A DNA stretch of 64,000 bases from Octopus bimaculoides (Eukaryota). This document shows positions 1 through 13,841 of the stretch, piece by piece. The notes beneath the pieces were generated by a model, which did no database searches, was not told the origin of the DNA, and saw nothing but the letters and a program-made list of their open reading frames with translations. Both the position numbers and the translations under genes were made by a program. Where the stretch lies: assembly GCF_001194135.2 (NCBI RefSeq), contig NC_068982.1, forward strand, positions 126,329,900-126,393,899. The letters are read 5' to 3'. Numbering within the stretch: position 1 is the first letter of the stretch; each line of letters begins with the position of its first letter.

Positions 1-988
1 TAGAGATTCTTAGAGTAGACTAGCATAGCCATAATGATACAGGTCTCACTAATTGTATAGAAGTTAATTAAGGAAACTTTTCTTTCAAGGCTGCTGGAAA
101 AGCAAATCATATGATGATATTCAGATTTTCAATAAAGTTTAATAAACAGATATTATTTGGGAATGACAGCAGAAGAGAAATGAAATGAAAAAAAAAATCC
201 ACTGCTTAATTTAAGAAACTGACCAGTGTACATGCTTAACGACTTACATAATGAATGCTTTAAAACTAACAGGCAGTAATATTTTCTCATTCTATATTAG
301 TCAATTGTAACTAAAATATCACTTCCTATCATATCTAACCAATTAACTAACTATAATTGAAGATGATATTTAGAAAAGTGATTAGCATATGTGAATAAAC
401 TCATCAACCTGCTTGTTGCAGAAGATGATTAAAAGTAAATTCTTTCATCATGAAGAATGACATTTTAAGTAAAACTGGTTATATAACTTAGTTCAAAATT
501 ATTTTTGTTTTAACACCTTTGTCTTGTTTTTTTTCTCCAGAGATAAAGTATTGAGAACTACATTCTTCAATGTAGTTGTTTTTCTTAAATGTGACAGGAT
601 GGGATTTGAAGGACTATTGCCTGCTATTTCCAGCATGCTAATGCCAACATGCAGAAACTCCTTCTATAGTCTACTATCAAAATAGTAGATCATTAAACAC
701 ATCACTTCAGAAATAAATAAAAATTCATATAAATCAACAAATATCATCTATTTATTGTTTCTATATCAGGACCCATGGCTTGTGGAGTAAACATTTTTAC
801 ATTTAAAACAGAAAATGCATAAATGTTGTGTTCTTACGCACCGATATAGGAATTATACAACAAAATTAAATAATTCTACAGCAATCAAGCTTTCACTAAT
901 CATATATCTGTTGTTTCCTTAAGTTTTCTAAGTAGACAAAACAGTTTAAACCTTTTGTTACCATATTTCTGTTGAAATACACTGCTTT

Positions 989-1330
989 TATTACCTCCGA
1001 CTTAGTGAAGGCAGAGGTATTGTTTTTGGCCGTGTTTGTTTGTCCATGGACAAGAATCGCTGGATGGATTCAGATGAAATTTTCAGGGATATTTGACCTC
1101 ATGATTGGCATGAACTGATTAGATTTGGGGATTGATCCGGTACTGGACAAGGATTCTGGATTATTTTTCGTTTTTTTTTTTTTACTTAATTTTTGAGACC
1201 ACTTGGGTTCATTTTTAGTATTCTTGTTTGTGAGAGCAGTCAAGTTTATTTCAGATATTCTCATTTTAAAAATTATCTCAGGCTAATCATTGAGAGGATG
1301 TTGGTGTTGCCTTGGCAGAGGTTTGTGCTC
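989..1330 (+). mobile_element. Probable Helentron-associated (HINE/DINE-1-like) non-autonomous element inserted into a family-F MITE
   Basis: 5' attacctccgactt-agtg-aaggcagaggt hairpin, then a gtttgtttgt microsatellite; 3' ccttggcagaggt subterminal inverted repeat. Host F sequence (aaatacactgc...gtttcaattaattttgaaaataatgaag) is split at a T-run. Confidence 0.55.
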
Positions 1331-1750
1331 GTTTCAATTAATTTTGAAAATAATGAAGGATGGTGAAGACTACAAATTTTGAAGATGTGTCTTAAATCAA
1401 CATCACAGTTTTAACATCCACTTTCCTATGCTTGCATGGATCGGACAGAATTTGTTGAGGCAGATTTTCTATGGTCAGGTGCCCTGCCTATCACCAACCC
1501 TCACCTGTTTCTAAGAAACATAAGATTTCCTTGGGCCAGACATGCTTTTCACACTAGATTGGAAACAAAGGACACTACATTAAGACAGTGGCATTCTTTG
1601 CTGCAATAACGTAAAATGAAGATAGAGACACAAACACACAATGGGCTTCTTTCAGTTTCCATTTACCAAATCCATTCAGGCTTTGGTTTGCCAAGGTCTA
1701 TAGGAGATGGCACTTGTCTAAGGTGCCACACAGTCAAAATTATATATTTC

Positions 1751-1963
1751 TTTTCTACTCTAAGCACAAGACCTGAAATTTTTGGGGAAGAATCCAGTCG
1801 ATTAGATTGACTCCAGTATGCAACTGGTAATTAACTTATCGATCCAAAAAGGATGAATGGCAAAGTCGACCATGGTGGAATTTGAACTCAGAATGCAAAG
1901 ACAGACGAAATACTGCTAAGCATTTCGCCCGGTGTGCTCACATTTCTGCCAGCTCGCCGCCTT
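1751..1963 (-). mobile_element. SINE family B (tRNA-like head; central tttcatcctttcggggtcgataaatt..gtacc domain, possibly Meta-SINE type)
   Basis: 16-bp perfect TSD caaaattatatatttc (1735..1750, 1964..1979). Confidence 0.9.
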
Positions 1964-2311
1964 CAAAATTATATATTTCATTATATCCATTGTCCATAAA
2001 GTCAATGGTTGAGAGAAGGAGAGAGACAGGAAGAGAATAAGACAAAAGTTTGAAAAGAGCTGGTTAAAAAAAAAAAATTAAAAAATTGAAAGTGAAAAAA
2101 AAAAAAGAAAAAAAAAAACGTTGCCTAACAAAACTATTGAAGTCTTTACTTGTTGCAGCACACCCAACAAACACACACCAACTTTTGTTTATATTTCCCA
2201 TCAGATTCTTGCTAACTCAGACCATTATTAACCTACAAAATTCCAATGAGCGTCCTTAAAAATAACTGACAGTTTGATAGTCCTATTTCTTTTATAGAGA
2301 ACTGTATTAAC

Positions 2312-2511
2312 CTTTTACTCTTTTACTTGTTGCAGTCATTTGACTGCAGCCATGCTGGAGCACCGCCTTTAGTCGAGCAAATCAACCCCAGGACTTATTC
2401 TTTGTAAGCCTAGTACTTATTCTATCGGTTTCTTTTGCCGAACCGCCAAGTTATGGGGGCGGTTGTCAAGCGATGTTGGGGGGGGGGCACAGACACATAC
2501 ATACATATATA

Positions 2512-2545
<34 letters not shown>

Positions 2546-2722
2546 CACATACATATATACGACAGGCTTCTTTCAGTTTCCGTCTACCAAATCCACTCAC
2601 AAGGCTTTGGTTGACCCGAGGCTATAGTAGGAGACGCTTGCCCAGGCTGCCATGCAGTGGGAATGAACCCGGAACCGTGCGGTTGGAAAGCAAGCTATTT
2701 ACCACACAGCCACTCCTGCGCC
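2312..2722 (-). mobile_element. SINE family A (tRNA-like head, internal (TA)/(CA) microsatellite, taaaagag tail), near full length
   Basis: Head ggcgcaggagtggctgtgtggt with B-box-like ggttcattccc. More than 20 related copies lie in the window, e.g. 3103, 11420, 12925, 17541, 22339, 28575, 31558, 34320, 36550, 50985 and 59225. Confidence 0.88.
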
Positions 2723-3474
2723 TATGGGTAAAATGAAAATTAGAGAAAAATAGTGTTGTGTATAGAAGACTGATTGATACAGTGTAACCACGCATGTGTT
2801 CAGATGACAAAATGGTAACATGGATTGTAGACAGAAGATTACAAGCAGACATTTTGGTGACTGGTGCAAGGATGGAATAAAACATTATGTAAACATTACA
2901 TGACAGATGGTTATATTCTCTGAAGCTCTGTGACTTATACTACTCGCTGACAGCAACTCAGAATATTTTGGGACTTCCCACCTCCCACCTATTTTAAAGC
3001 CATTTATTAGCTTTGAATTATAAAGCCTACAGCTTGAAATGGCTACATCTTTCTATATGCCTGTGAAGACATACATGCCTTAGTTTTTTTCCCATTAACT
3101 GGTTTCAGCCATTGGACTCCAGCCATGATGGGTCAATGCCTTGAAAGGTTTAGTTGAACAAATTGACCCCAGTACATATTTTTAAGTCTAGGGCTTATTC
3201 TGTCAGCCACTTTGGCCGAACTACTACATCATAGAAATGTAAACAAACTAACACCAGTTGTCAAGTGGATGGTGGGGAACAAACACAAACACATACATGT
3301 ATATATATATAAGGTGGTCCACATAGTTTCTGTTCACTGAATTCATTCACAAGGCTATCATAGAAGGTACTTGCCCAAGGTACTGCGCAGTGAGACAGAA
3401 CCTGAAATGTGGTTGCAAAGTGAACTTCTTAATAACCACACAGCCACACCTGATCTGTAAGTGTTTATTTTCAT

Positions 3475-3738
3475 AAATGTGCAGGTGGCACATAAAATAC
3501 ACTATTTTGAGCGTGGCCGTTGCCAGTACTGCCTGACTGGCCTTCGTGCAGGTGACACATAAAAGCACCCACTACACTCTCGGAGTGGTTGGCGTTAGGA
3601 AGGGCATCCAGCTGTAGAAATTCTGCCAAATCAGATTGGAGCCTGGTGCAGCCATCTGGTTTCACCAGTCCTCAGTCAAATCGTCCAATCCATGCTAGCA
3701 TGGAAAGCAGACGTTAAACGACGATGATGATGATGATA
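3475..3738 (+). mobile_element. Family C, 5'-truncated
   Basis: One internal unit plus the common 3' part and (GAT)n tail. Confidence 0.8.
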
Positions 3739-3851
3739 TCAATAAAAATACATGGCTACCACAAGAACAACTTTGTAATAAGGTTCAATGCAATTTTTAG
3801 AAAGTTTCTGTCACTGTATACAAGATGAATGAATTTTCTTTTCTTTTTTTC

Positions 3852-4221
3852 TTTTATTTGTTTTGGTCATTTGACTGTGGCCATGTTGGAGCACCACCTT
3901 TAGTTGAGCAAATTGATCCCAGAGCTTATTCTTTGTAAGCCTAGTACTTATTCTATCGGTTTCTTTTGCCGAACCATTAAGTTACAGGGATGCAAACACA
4001 CCAGCATCAGTTGTCAAGCGATGTTGGGAGGATAAACACACACACACACATATATATATAACGGGCTTTCTTTGGTTTCCATCTACCAAATCCACTCACA
4101 AGGCTTCAGCTGGCCCAAGGCTGTAGTAAAAGACACTTGCCCACGGTGTCATGCAGTGGGACTGAACCCGGAACCATGTGGTTGGTAAGCAAGCTACTTA
4201 CCACACAGCCATTCCTGCGCC
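3852..4221 (-). mobile_element. SINE family A, full length
   Basis: Colinear with 2312..2722. Confidence 0.85.
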
Positions 4222-5937
4222 TATGTCTAAATTAGTAAATTTTCCAAAGAGTATTCCAATCAAAACAGATAATTTCTTTAACACAATAAAACTGATGACT
4301 CGCAGTGAAAAGATTAAATTATTTGTAACGGTTTTAATCAAGAATGAGGATTTGGGCCCAAACAGTCTTTTAATGAGATTTCTATCTAGACAACAAATGT
4401 AGATTGGGCTTTTAAGAGATCCCTAAAGTTTAGAATATTTAAGCTTCAAAGTTTCTTCCTTTCCTTTTAGACACACAAGGAAGCGGGGACTTTGGAACAG
4501 CACGGAGTGAGCATGCTGGGCTCATAACACAGCGGCCTGTAGATTGAAACTACGTTCTACTAAATAGTTAACCAGTGTTGGCTTGCTTATATTCTCGTAA
4601 CTTAGCAGTTTGGCAAAAAAAGGGGGGGGGCAAATAAGTGCCTTCCGAAAGGGGTGAAAGGCAAGGTTGATATTGGTGGAATTTGATCTCAAAATGTAAA
4701 AGCCAGCAGAAATGCTAAGCATTTTGTCTTGCATGCTAACATTTCTACCAGCTCACTGCCTTGGTGATGATAATAATATTACTACTACTAATCACAATAA
4801 TACAAAACTCTACTTTTTGGCTGGTTCCATCCAGCTAGTAGTGGTCATGAAAGCACACTATTATGAAAGGAGTTTAAAACATGTCACAGGTTTTGGCAAA
4901 TGTAAATCACACAGCTTTCTACATGTAAAACAGGTACACTAACCACCTCATCACAAAACATTACTATCATCATCTAAATCAAGTACAGACATCCAACTAT
5001 TTCCTGTTTCAGGATATCCTTTATTTTTCTAAATATCCCCGTAAGTGGTATATCTATAGCTTCTCATCTCATTTGCCTAGCAGCAAAGAGACTTACAACT
5101 GCTCTACAGCATATACCTCTGAATTAAGATGTAGTCAAACACTTATCAGAATCATTTCCTCTTCAAATTAAATATCAATAAAACATAAGAGCATAATTCC
5201 TTTTATCACAAAAATAAACTAAAATAAATAAAAAAAAAAACAAGAACCTAATTGGATTATATTTCATTCCCACACACTACTCACCCACTCTCTTCTTTAA
5301 CAATTATGGGGGGGGGGGAGTACATGACTGCTTACAATAATCTTGACAAGTTGCAAAGATTAAAGTGTTAACAAGCATTCAATCACAACTTTGATAAAAG
5401 TATTGTTATAATAGCTAGATTTATTGACTTATAAGTTATGTTGCAGACAAATTAACTACACTAATTTCACATGTAACTAAGATCTCTCTGGAACCTACAC
5501 ATTTCTCTTTATTTTATTCTATTTCATTTTTTTTTTTTTTACAAACACCAATAAATATGCTTAAAATCTGAGCAAATAAAAATTTAAAAAATTACGAAAA
5601 ATTCATTTAAAATAAAAGAAAAAGAAAAAAAGAAATTTCCTGAACATATTTCATAAATTAAGAGATTAGCAACACATTAATTAAGCAAGGAACTAGGAAA
5701 TGGCAGATATTTACACCCTATCTATTGCCAATTTTCTCCACCACCCCTTTTATTAGATTCAGTTAAGTGTAGCCGCTAACTGGGCAATTTCATGATCAGA
5801 GCTGTCATATAAATTCAGAAGAAAGAAAGAATAAAGATAAAGTCTATTTTATCCCATTTAATTAAGACATCAAAGTTTGTTTACTATATAACATCCATGT
5901 TCCATGGTAGTATAGGTCGAACCCTCGCTCTTCCATC

Positions 5938-5976
<39 letters not shown>

Positions 5977-6625
5977 AAAAGAAAACCCGATGTCTTAACT
6001 ATATATTTATACCAATGTATTGCAAGGTAGTTGGCATTAAGAAGAGAATCTAGCTGTAAAACCCATACCAAGACAGTGAAGCCTGGTGTAGTCTTCTGGC
6101 TTGCCAGCTCCTGTCAAACCATCCAACCCATGGAAAACAGACATTAAATGATGATGATGACCTACATAATTAAGACAACAAATATGGAGGAGTGAGTATG
6201 TGTGATTGTGTTTACATAGACTTGGCTAGGACTCCAAGTTATAACTGAGGGTTTACTCAACTACTGGTTGAATAAGCCATCAGGCGAAACTTGAAATCTC
6301 AGTCAAAACTAATTCTATAATAAATTTGACTCAACTCTTCCCACTGTCCTGCTATTAGTAAATGTGCAGTTATTTTTATGAAATTATTTAAAAAAAAAAT
6401 TAACTACACAATCTACACACACACATACAACTTTATTTGTTAGCAACATCTTATTTGAATGACTATGAAAAATTATAAACACACAACAAAGGACAGAAAA
6501 TTATTTCTTTATCATAAGAGATGTATTTCTTGCCTTACTCCAAAACCATTTGGGTGTTATCGACCTCAGAGAACATGCAGTTCTAACAACTGAAGGATTA
6601 GTTTGAATTAGTTGAGTCTAAGATA

Positions 6626-6673
6626 ATATCAGAACTGGGCATGCTCTATTTAGAGCATGCCCAGTTCTGATAT
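6626..6673. repeat. Perfect 23-bp-arm palindrome with 2-nt loop
   Basis: atatcagaactgggcatgctcta-tt-tagagcatgcccagttctgatat. Confidence 0.95.
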
Positions 6674-6688
6674 GTATCTGTATAAGTA

Positions 6689-7023
6689 AAAGGTAAAGAA
6701 CCCCTTCGGTCATGAATGACTATGGGATTGCACTTAGAAAGTTCCCCGCCTAGGCACCAGTCCAGGCAAGGTTGTTTATGCAGTCGCCCATGCATACCAG
6801 CTTCCCCTCTCCATGCCATTGATGTTATCCAAGGGAAAAGCAAAGGCAGATACAGCTCGGCACCAGTGATGTTGCAACTCATTTCTACAGTTGAGTGAAC
6901 TGGAACAATGTCAAATGAAGTGTCTTGCTCAAGAGTACAACACACAGCCAGGTCCAGGAATCAAACTCACTACCTCATGATTGTGAGCCCAATGCTCTAA
7001 CCACTGAGCCATGTGCCTTCACC
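6689..7023 (-). mobile_element. SINE family E (tRNA-like head, CORE/V-like cttgagcaagacacttcattt segment, ttacctttt tail)
   Basis: 13-bp perfect TSD atctgtataagta (6676..6688, 7024..7036). Related decayed copies at about 12330..12560 and 19045..19290. Confidence 0.82.
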
Positions 7024-7370
7024 ATCTGTATAAGTATCATACATTTATTCATTTTTTTTTTTTTGTTCAGCTCTATATCCATTTTTTGTGCTGACATAGG
7101 TTGGATGGATACTTATTCGAAGCAGTATTTTATTGCCAGATACCCTTATGTTGCCAACCCTTACTCAATTTACAAGTTTTTTTCTCTTTTTTCTTTTTAA
7201 TTATTTATTATTTATTATTCCCCTAAACTTCAAACATGCAGAAGGTACAGAACATAACATTCACCAGGAATGTAAAACACATTCATTTCTTTGCTCAAAC
7301 AATATTGTGCAGAAATGACAATTTCACACGCACACACATCCACATTTTAATAGGTTTCTGTATAATTTCC

Positions 7371-7592
7371 TTTATTTCTTTATTGCCCACAAGGGGCTAA
7401 ACATAGAGGGTCAAACAAAGGGATTAAGTCAATTACATTGACCCCAGTGCGTAACTGGTACTTAATTCATCGACCCCAAAAGGATGAAAGGCAAAGTCGT
7501 TCTTGGCAGAATTTGAACTCAGAACGTAACGGCAGATGAAATACCACTAAGCATTTCGCCCAGCATGCTAACGTTTCTGCCAGATCGTTGCC
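7371..7592 (-). mobile_element. SINE family B variant with a different 3' tail, inside a SINE-A remnant
   Basis: TSD tttctgtataatttcc/tttctgtatagtttcc (15 of 16). Confidence 0.85.
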
Positions 7593-8823
7593 TTTCTGTA
7601 TAGTTTCCATCTACTCACAAGGCATTAGTCATGTCAAGATTATAGTAGAAGACACATGCCCATGGTCTCACACAATTCAGAATAAACCATTTTGTAGTGT
7701 AATTTGGAAATTTGTGGTGGTGGGGGAACACAGAGAATATAAATGAATTCAATGAAAGAAAATATTTCCAGGCTTTGTTCTATAATGTTGTTAACAGCAG
7801 AAGTATTTACACAACGTTCATTATAGACTACAATGATTTAACATGGCTTTTAAAATAGTCTCTTTAGAAAATACAAACAGTCGTGTTAATGCATCTAAAG
7901 TCTTCTTGATAGGTTTAAAAGAATATTAGCTTCAGTTTCATGGTGGGAAATAGTCAAGAAATAAATTTCAATATGGTTAAAGTAGGATTCAAACATTATT
8001 ACAGCTAACATGCCAATAGGTTTAGTACTGTATATGAAATTTAGAGTCTTTCCTTTGAGATACAACAAACTGCTCACAATGAAAATGAACTCAAGGCTTA
8101 TGAGCTGGTAGTCTAATATATTATTCACTTGGCCATTTAACTTCAATGTGTAGGATTTATTTCTTACATATGTACGTAACCAGTATAATTGAGCTCTGTC
8201 TTGATGGGAAAGAACTCTAAGAGTTTGGATTTACAATAAATTCTTCAATTTGCAACATGAAACTTATAAGAGGAAACTGGGAATTAAAAAAAAAAATCAG
8301 GAACTGTTTAGTTGAAATTTTATGAAATCACACAACCAAAACTTGCTAAAGCCATATGTTATATATTAATCAAGTTTGCACTATCTAGTAATGCTTCAGA
8401 AAACAGTAAATAAAACCAACATGATATTTTATTTTTACAATGAATTAAAGTTAAATACAGTTAAACAGTCAAGTTATTAGACCTAAGCTGTATGAAATAT
8501 TTTCATTCATAATATAAATATCGAAAATTTAGATAAACTTCATGAACTAGATAATTTGTAACTTGATACATTGTAAAACATGAAAATTAATGCGATTGGT
8601 ATTTCATTTTGATTTCTGCTTTATGGGAAACTAATCTCTTAGATGGTGTACAAGTTTACAGCATAAATCGTCAAATAAATAGGGAACAGGACAATAAGCT
8701 GAGAAGCCAATAGTCCTTATTCTCTTAACACTACAAGTTTGATGTATCAACAAACAAGGCACTTAACAGCCCAGTCTACTTAGCTGTAACTAGGTAGAGT
8801 ATATAAGCAGGGGTGAACACCAT

Positions 8824-9054
8824 ACTCTCTTTACTCCTTTATTTGTTTCAGTCATTTGACTGCGGCCATGCTGGAGCACCACATATATATACAACGGGCT
8901 TCTTTCAGTTTCCGTCTACCAAATCCACTCACAAGGCTTTGGTCGGCCCGAGGCTATAGTAGAAAACACTTGCCCAAGGTGCCACGCAGTGGGACTGACC
9001 CCAGAACCATGTGATTGGTAAGCAAGCTACTTACCACACAGCCACTCCTGTGCC
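8824..9054 (-). mobile_element. SINE family A with internal deletion
   Basis: Head and tail present; sequence jumps from gcacc to the microsatellite. Confidence 0.8.
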
Positions 9055-9256
9055 TAAAAATATTTTGCTAGTTTTTCAGTGCAGTCTTCAGCACGAGTTG
9101 AACACAGTACTGCAGTATAATAAAATTACGCAAGGAAAGCTTTGGCCATAATTACAGGCCCAGATTCCCAACCCAAAGACAACATCTTCAATGGTTTCTT
9201 GACAACTCATTACATTATGGGACAGTTTCTTTTGTTTTTTAAATATTTCCTCTCAC

Positions 9257-9321
9257 AGATTGTCGAGTGTTGTCTGATTGATAGAAAATGGGATTCCTCC
9301 CCACTACGTCTATTACATCTC
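9257..9321 (-). CDS. 65-nt candidate exon downstream of the 33-nt exon
   Basis: Acceptor tttatttatacAG and donor CT|gtgaga. Two open frames, each compatible with one reading of the 11921..11953 exon. Confidence 0.4.
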
Positions 9322-11920
9322 CTGTATAAATAAACTAAGGCAAGAAGATTGCCTGGCAGTTATGTGTTATTTTAAGACAGAGATCTCTTATCTTAGTGTT
9401 TATAACGGTGCTTACATTGCTACAAGATTTGTCAAATTTAAAAACCATTAATCTGTTTAAGGCTGGGAACATTGATAAAATACACTATCAACTGTTTGAA
9501 AAGAAAATTAAATAAGACTGCCACAAAACCTTTAATCCTTAAGACTTATTTTGCACTTTTAACTGTCATAGGATATCTTAACAGGTTTTAAGATATATGA
9601 CATGAATGAAAAAGCATTAAATAATCAAAGCTTTATCCAATTAGTCAGCTTACTTCTACAATTAATTAAGAATATACACTAATTGGTTGATGTATAGTTG
9701 ATAAATTTACTATCTAATTAAGAAGATGGGAGAGAACAGTAACAAGAAACTTAACTTGGCAAGTCTATGATTTTGCTACATGGGGTTAGTTCTGGTCACC
9801 GACAGAGTAATGATCAAAACACCTCAATAGTTTAAGCCTTGATCACAAGATATCTCATAACAATTAAAATACTGATGGACCCTGATAAACGAGGTATTTT
9901 GAGCGAGAAAAATTCTTGCTGACAGTGAATCATAAGATATGTGATTAATAGAAATTATATTGGTTCACATATATATTTCATCATCATTTTAACACCCACT
10001 TTCCCATGCCTGCATGGGTCAGTTGGAATTTGTTGAGACAAATTTTCTATGGCCAAATGCCTTTCTTGTTGTCAACCCTCATCTTTTTCCAAACAAGATT
10101 GGAACAGGACAGTACCATTCGTATGATGGTAGCACTTGTTTACAACTATCATGTAACATTGAGACAAGGACACAGACATACACACAAGTGTGTGTACATA
10201 TTTATTTTTGGAACAGTGAAGCTCGAAGTACATAATACTACAAATGACAGAAAAATCAAAGACTGCCTGTGGGACTCAAACCCAACTCTCCTTGATGGGT
10301 CTTATGATGTTTTTGATACTTGTGTCCTGTCAAATCTAGGCGTTGGTTTTCTTGTCCCACAATGTAATGCCAAGCATGATTTATTCCATTTTCTGTTGGG
10401 CTACAATGAGGGCGTTCACAAGACAGCAGTGTTTCACTGCCGTATTTGTCAAACTTACTATTTATTGCTTCTATTACAAAGTGTGTGTGTGTTCTTATGT
10501 CAAATTATTTATAAAAACAATTTAACATTAGGTTGAAGCATTACTCAATACTTTTATTGATGGAAATTTAATAAGACTAGGAAAGTGTGTACACGTGATT
10601 TTGTTAAAATTTAGTTTTTGACACAAGAGTTTAGACAATTTATTCTGATAATAGGCTTTATGAGAGGAGTGGGGACAGGGGGATAAAAATAGTATTTGTG
10701 TTACTCTGTTACTTCGGTTATTTGTTTAGCTTCCAATTTATGCACACTGCAGACTCAGTCTTAAACTAAAGTTTTACCTTCAATGAACAGCTCACAGAAA
10801 CATATCAAATTGACTGAATTGTTTCACAGAAAGTCAAGGATTTTTTTTTCAAATTACATACAAAACTAAGAAGTAAACTTAAAGCCATAACAATTACCAT
10901 TAAATCCGAAATAGCAGAAGTTTAGCTCAACAGTAAAAAAGACCCGTTTCAAAAGGTAAGTACTTTTTATTATTTTAAACAATTTTTACAGATTTTATAA
11001 AACTAACATAAATTGGTTAGTTGTGAATATTTAAATATTTGTTTGATTTAGCAAAGCAAGCATTTTATAACCAGATACCCAATCTAATGACAACTACTTA
11101 GTTCTATGGCATAGAAGTACAACAAATACTTTTGATGGAAAAATAACAGATTTGCTTATTATACATTTAATAGGGTTTAGCCAAATTTCTCCTTTAAAAG
11201 GTAAATATTTAGTTTATTCATGAATATATGGAGAGGGGTGTCAATCCAATAAAGTGAGATATTTTCTCTTAAATCTCATTTCTTATACATGTGATGTCCC
11301 CTAGTGGACTATTAATACAAAGGAGATATAGTTATTTTTTCGTGATATTTGGCAGGATTCAAAGTTTTGAGTTTGAATTTGAAATTAATGAATAAGGAAA
11401 AAGATACTTAGAATACATTTTTTGCCCCTTCTTGCTTTGGTTATTGGACTGTAGCCATGCTGTGGTACTGACAAGAAATGTTTAGTCAAACAAATTGATC
11501 TCAGTACTAATTTTTATATCTGGTACTTATTTTATTCATCTCTATTGCCAGACCACTCAAACTGACATCAGTAGCCAAATGGTAGTGACATACACATATA
11601 TACATATGTTCCATCTACCAAATTCATTCACAAGGCATTGGCGAGTCTGGGACAATAATAGAAGGCATTTGACCAAGGTGCTGTGCAGTGGGACTGAACC
11701 CAAAAGCATGTGGTAGTAAAGCAAGCTGCTTAATCACATAGCCATGCCTGCATCTATACAAATATTTATTTATCTGTACAATTGCTTTGTATTTTTGAAT
11801 CCTTGAAAATATTTTTTAAAAACCTTAGAATGAGGGAGGAATTGGTCACAAAAGTGAACAAGTCAACTGTCTGTCATTTGACAATGAATCAAGTGAGATA
11901 AAACAAACACAGAAACTTAC

Positions 11921-11953
11921 CGAGTGAAGAAGAAATCAATTCCATTGTTGAAT
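11921..11953 (-). CDS. 33-nt symmetric exon (FNNGIDFFFT or STMELISSSL, depending on phase)
   Basis: Strong acceptor tttttcttctcttttcattccAG and consensus donor gtaagt. Confidence 0.45.
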
Positions 11954-13067
11954 CTGGAATGAAAAGAGAAGAAAAACAAAAACTATGTAAAATTGAAACA
12001 ACAGAGAAAAATAAATTAATACCAGGTTTCATTAACATTTCCAGAATGCAATTTGTTGAATGTAAATTATATTAAACCCTTCCATATAAATCTACTCCAC
12101 CCTCACAATATATCTCATACATTAAACATGGTTTTCAAAAAAAATTTTTTTTTGATTTTATTCAAATTTAAAAGAAGTTTTTCCACTTTTTGCTTCTTTT
12201 TAATGATGCTTCAATTAATTAAACAGAAAATTAAGCTTTCAACACCAACAGCCCTTAAAATTTGCTTACATTCCAAAAAATGTTACACAACACTTATAAT
12301 AGTCAGATGGAATACATATCACTGCATTGACCAGACTATCAAGTGTGGTTGTATGCCACTAGTCAGTCATAATGTGCTTCCTTGCATTTGTTGTAGTCCT
12401 CAAATGATGTCATCCTACTGGCTATGAAGACAGGCCAACATTCTCCACTAAATGGGAGTAATGTGAAATGAAGTGTTTTGCTCAAGAACAGAACATTCTG
12501 CTGGTCTGTGAATTGAAACCATGATCTTGCAATCCTGAATGCAACACCCTTACCACAAGTCTTTAATATATATCAGTAAAATTCTGAAGATACCAGTACA
12601 AGTTTGTTAAGATATTTTTGTTAACATATGCAAATGGTATGTATAGTAAAATGGTTGGAATATCAATGAATTAAACAGCCAGTAAACAAAAGTTTGACCA
12701 AAAAAAAAAAGAATAAAACAAAATTGTGTGGCACAAAAAACAACTTTGTTTATACCAATCTTTTAATTTCATACAAAAATTCAAGTATTTCATAGTATAT
12801 TGAATTCAAAGTTTGTTCAAATAAACACACATAAATTTAGAATCATGAAGATCAACTTTATTGTTGCTTTTTGTGATTGCATTTCTATTAATATTTCTCA
12901 ATATTTCTCTTGTATTTTGTACTTGGGTCACTCATTGGACAGTGGCCAAGCTGGGGCCCTGCCTTGAAGGGCCTTAATCAAACAGATCAACCCTAGAACT
13001 TGAGATCTCTTTTGCTGAACCATTAAACTATGATAAACAAGCCAATACTGATTGTCAGGAGGGACAT

Positions 13068-13104
<37 letters not shown>

Positions 13105-13261
13105 TACACTCATATACATGATGAGCTTCCATAGTTAATGCCTACCAAATTCATTCACAAAGCACTGGTCTACCGGGAAGATATTTGCCCAAGGTGTCAT
13201 GTAGGACTTAAAACCAGGAAGTTGTTGGTCAGATCTGATCCCAATATTCTTCTTGTTACAT

Positions 13262-13662
13262 GTTCAGACCAGCCAGATCTGGCCTCTCACACCTACCCAA
13301 CAATATCACTCTAAAAATAAACAAACATATCACTGAACTCTTAAAGCTACAAGATAATGCATCATCATCATCATTTAACGTCTGCTTTCCATGCTAGCAT
13401 GGGTTGGACGATTTGACTGAGCACTGGTCAAACCAGATGGCTACACCAGGCTCCAATCTGATTTGGCAGAGTTTCTACAGCTGGATACCCTTCCTAACCC
13501 CAACCACTCCGAGAGTGTAGTGGGTGCTTTTACGTGCCACCGGCATGATTAATTTAAAACAACGTGAATAAAGAATTACATTTGATAAAATAAGATGAAT
13601 GCTAGAGGGCTAATCATACAACTGTTCATGCCATAATACAACATACTGAATATATTCCACAG
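13262..13662 (-). mobile_element. MITE family G (reverse) interrupted by SINE-C at about 13360..13545
   Basis: Family-G sequence breaks at gataatgcat and resumes at gcatgattaattt; right end gaatgctagagggctaa. Confidence 0.65.
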
Positions 13663-13841
13663 ACACACACGCAACTAATATTGTAAAAGTTTTGGAAAAC
13701 ACCTTTGAAGAGATACTTTTATAAAGCATTCATTTCTGCATTTCTCAAAGTCTGTCTTTTTCCAGTATAGAACAACGAGTTAATATCTTTCTATTAGGAT
13801 AGCACTGTTGCTGAGTTAAACATTAAAGTGATGCATGTCAG

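Noticed and set aside
4285-4320. CTGATGA..GAAA hammerhead-like core
   Set aside because: No convincing stem II or III pairing or cleavage triplet geometry; the ctgatga at about 63788 also lacks a downstream GAAA.
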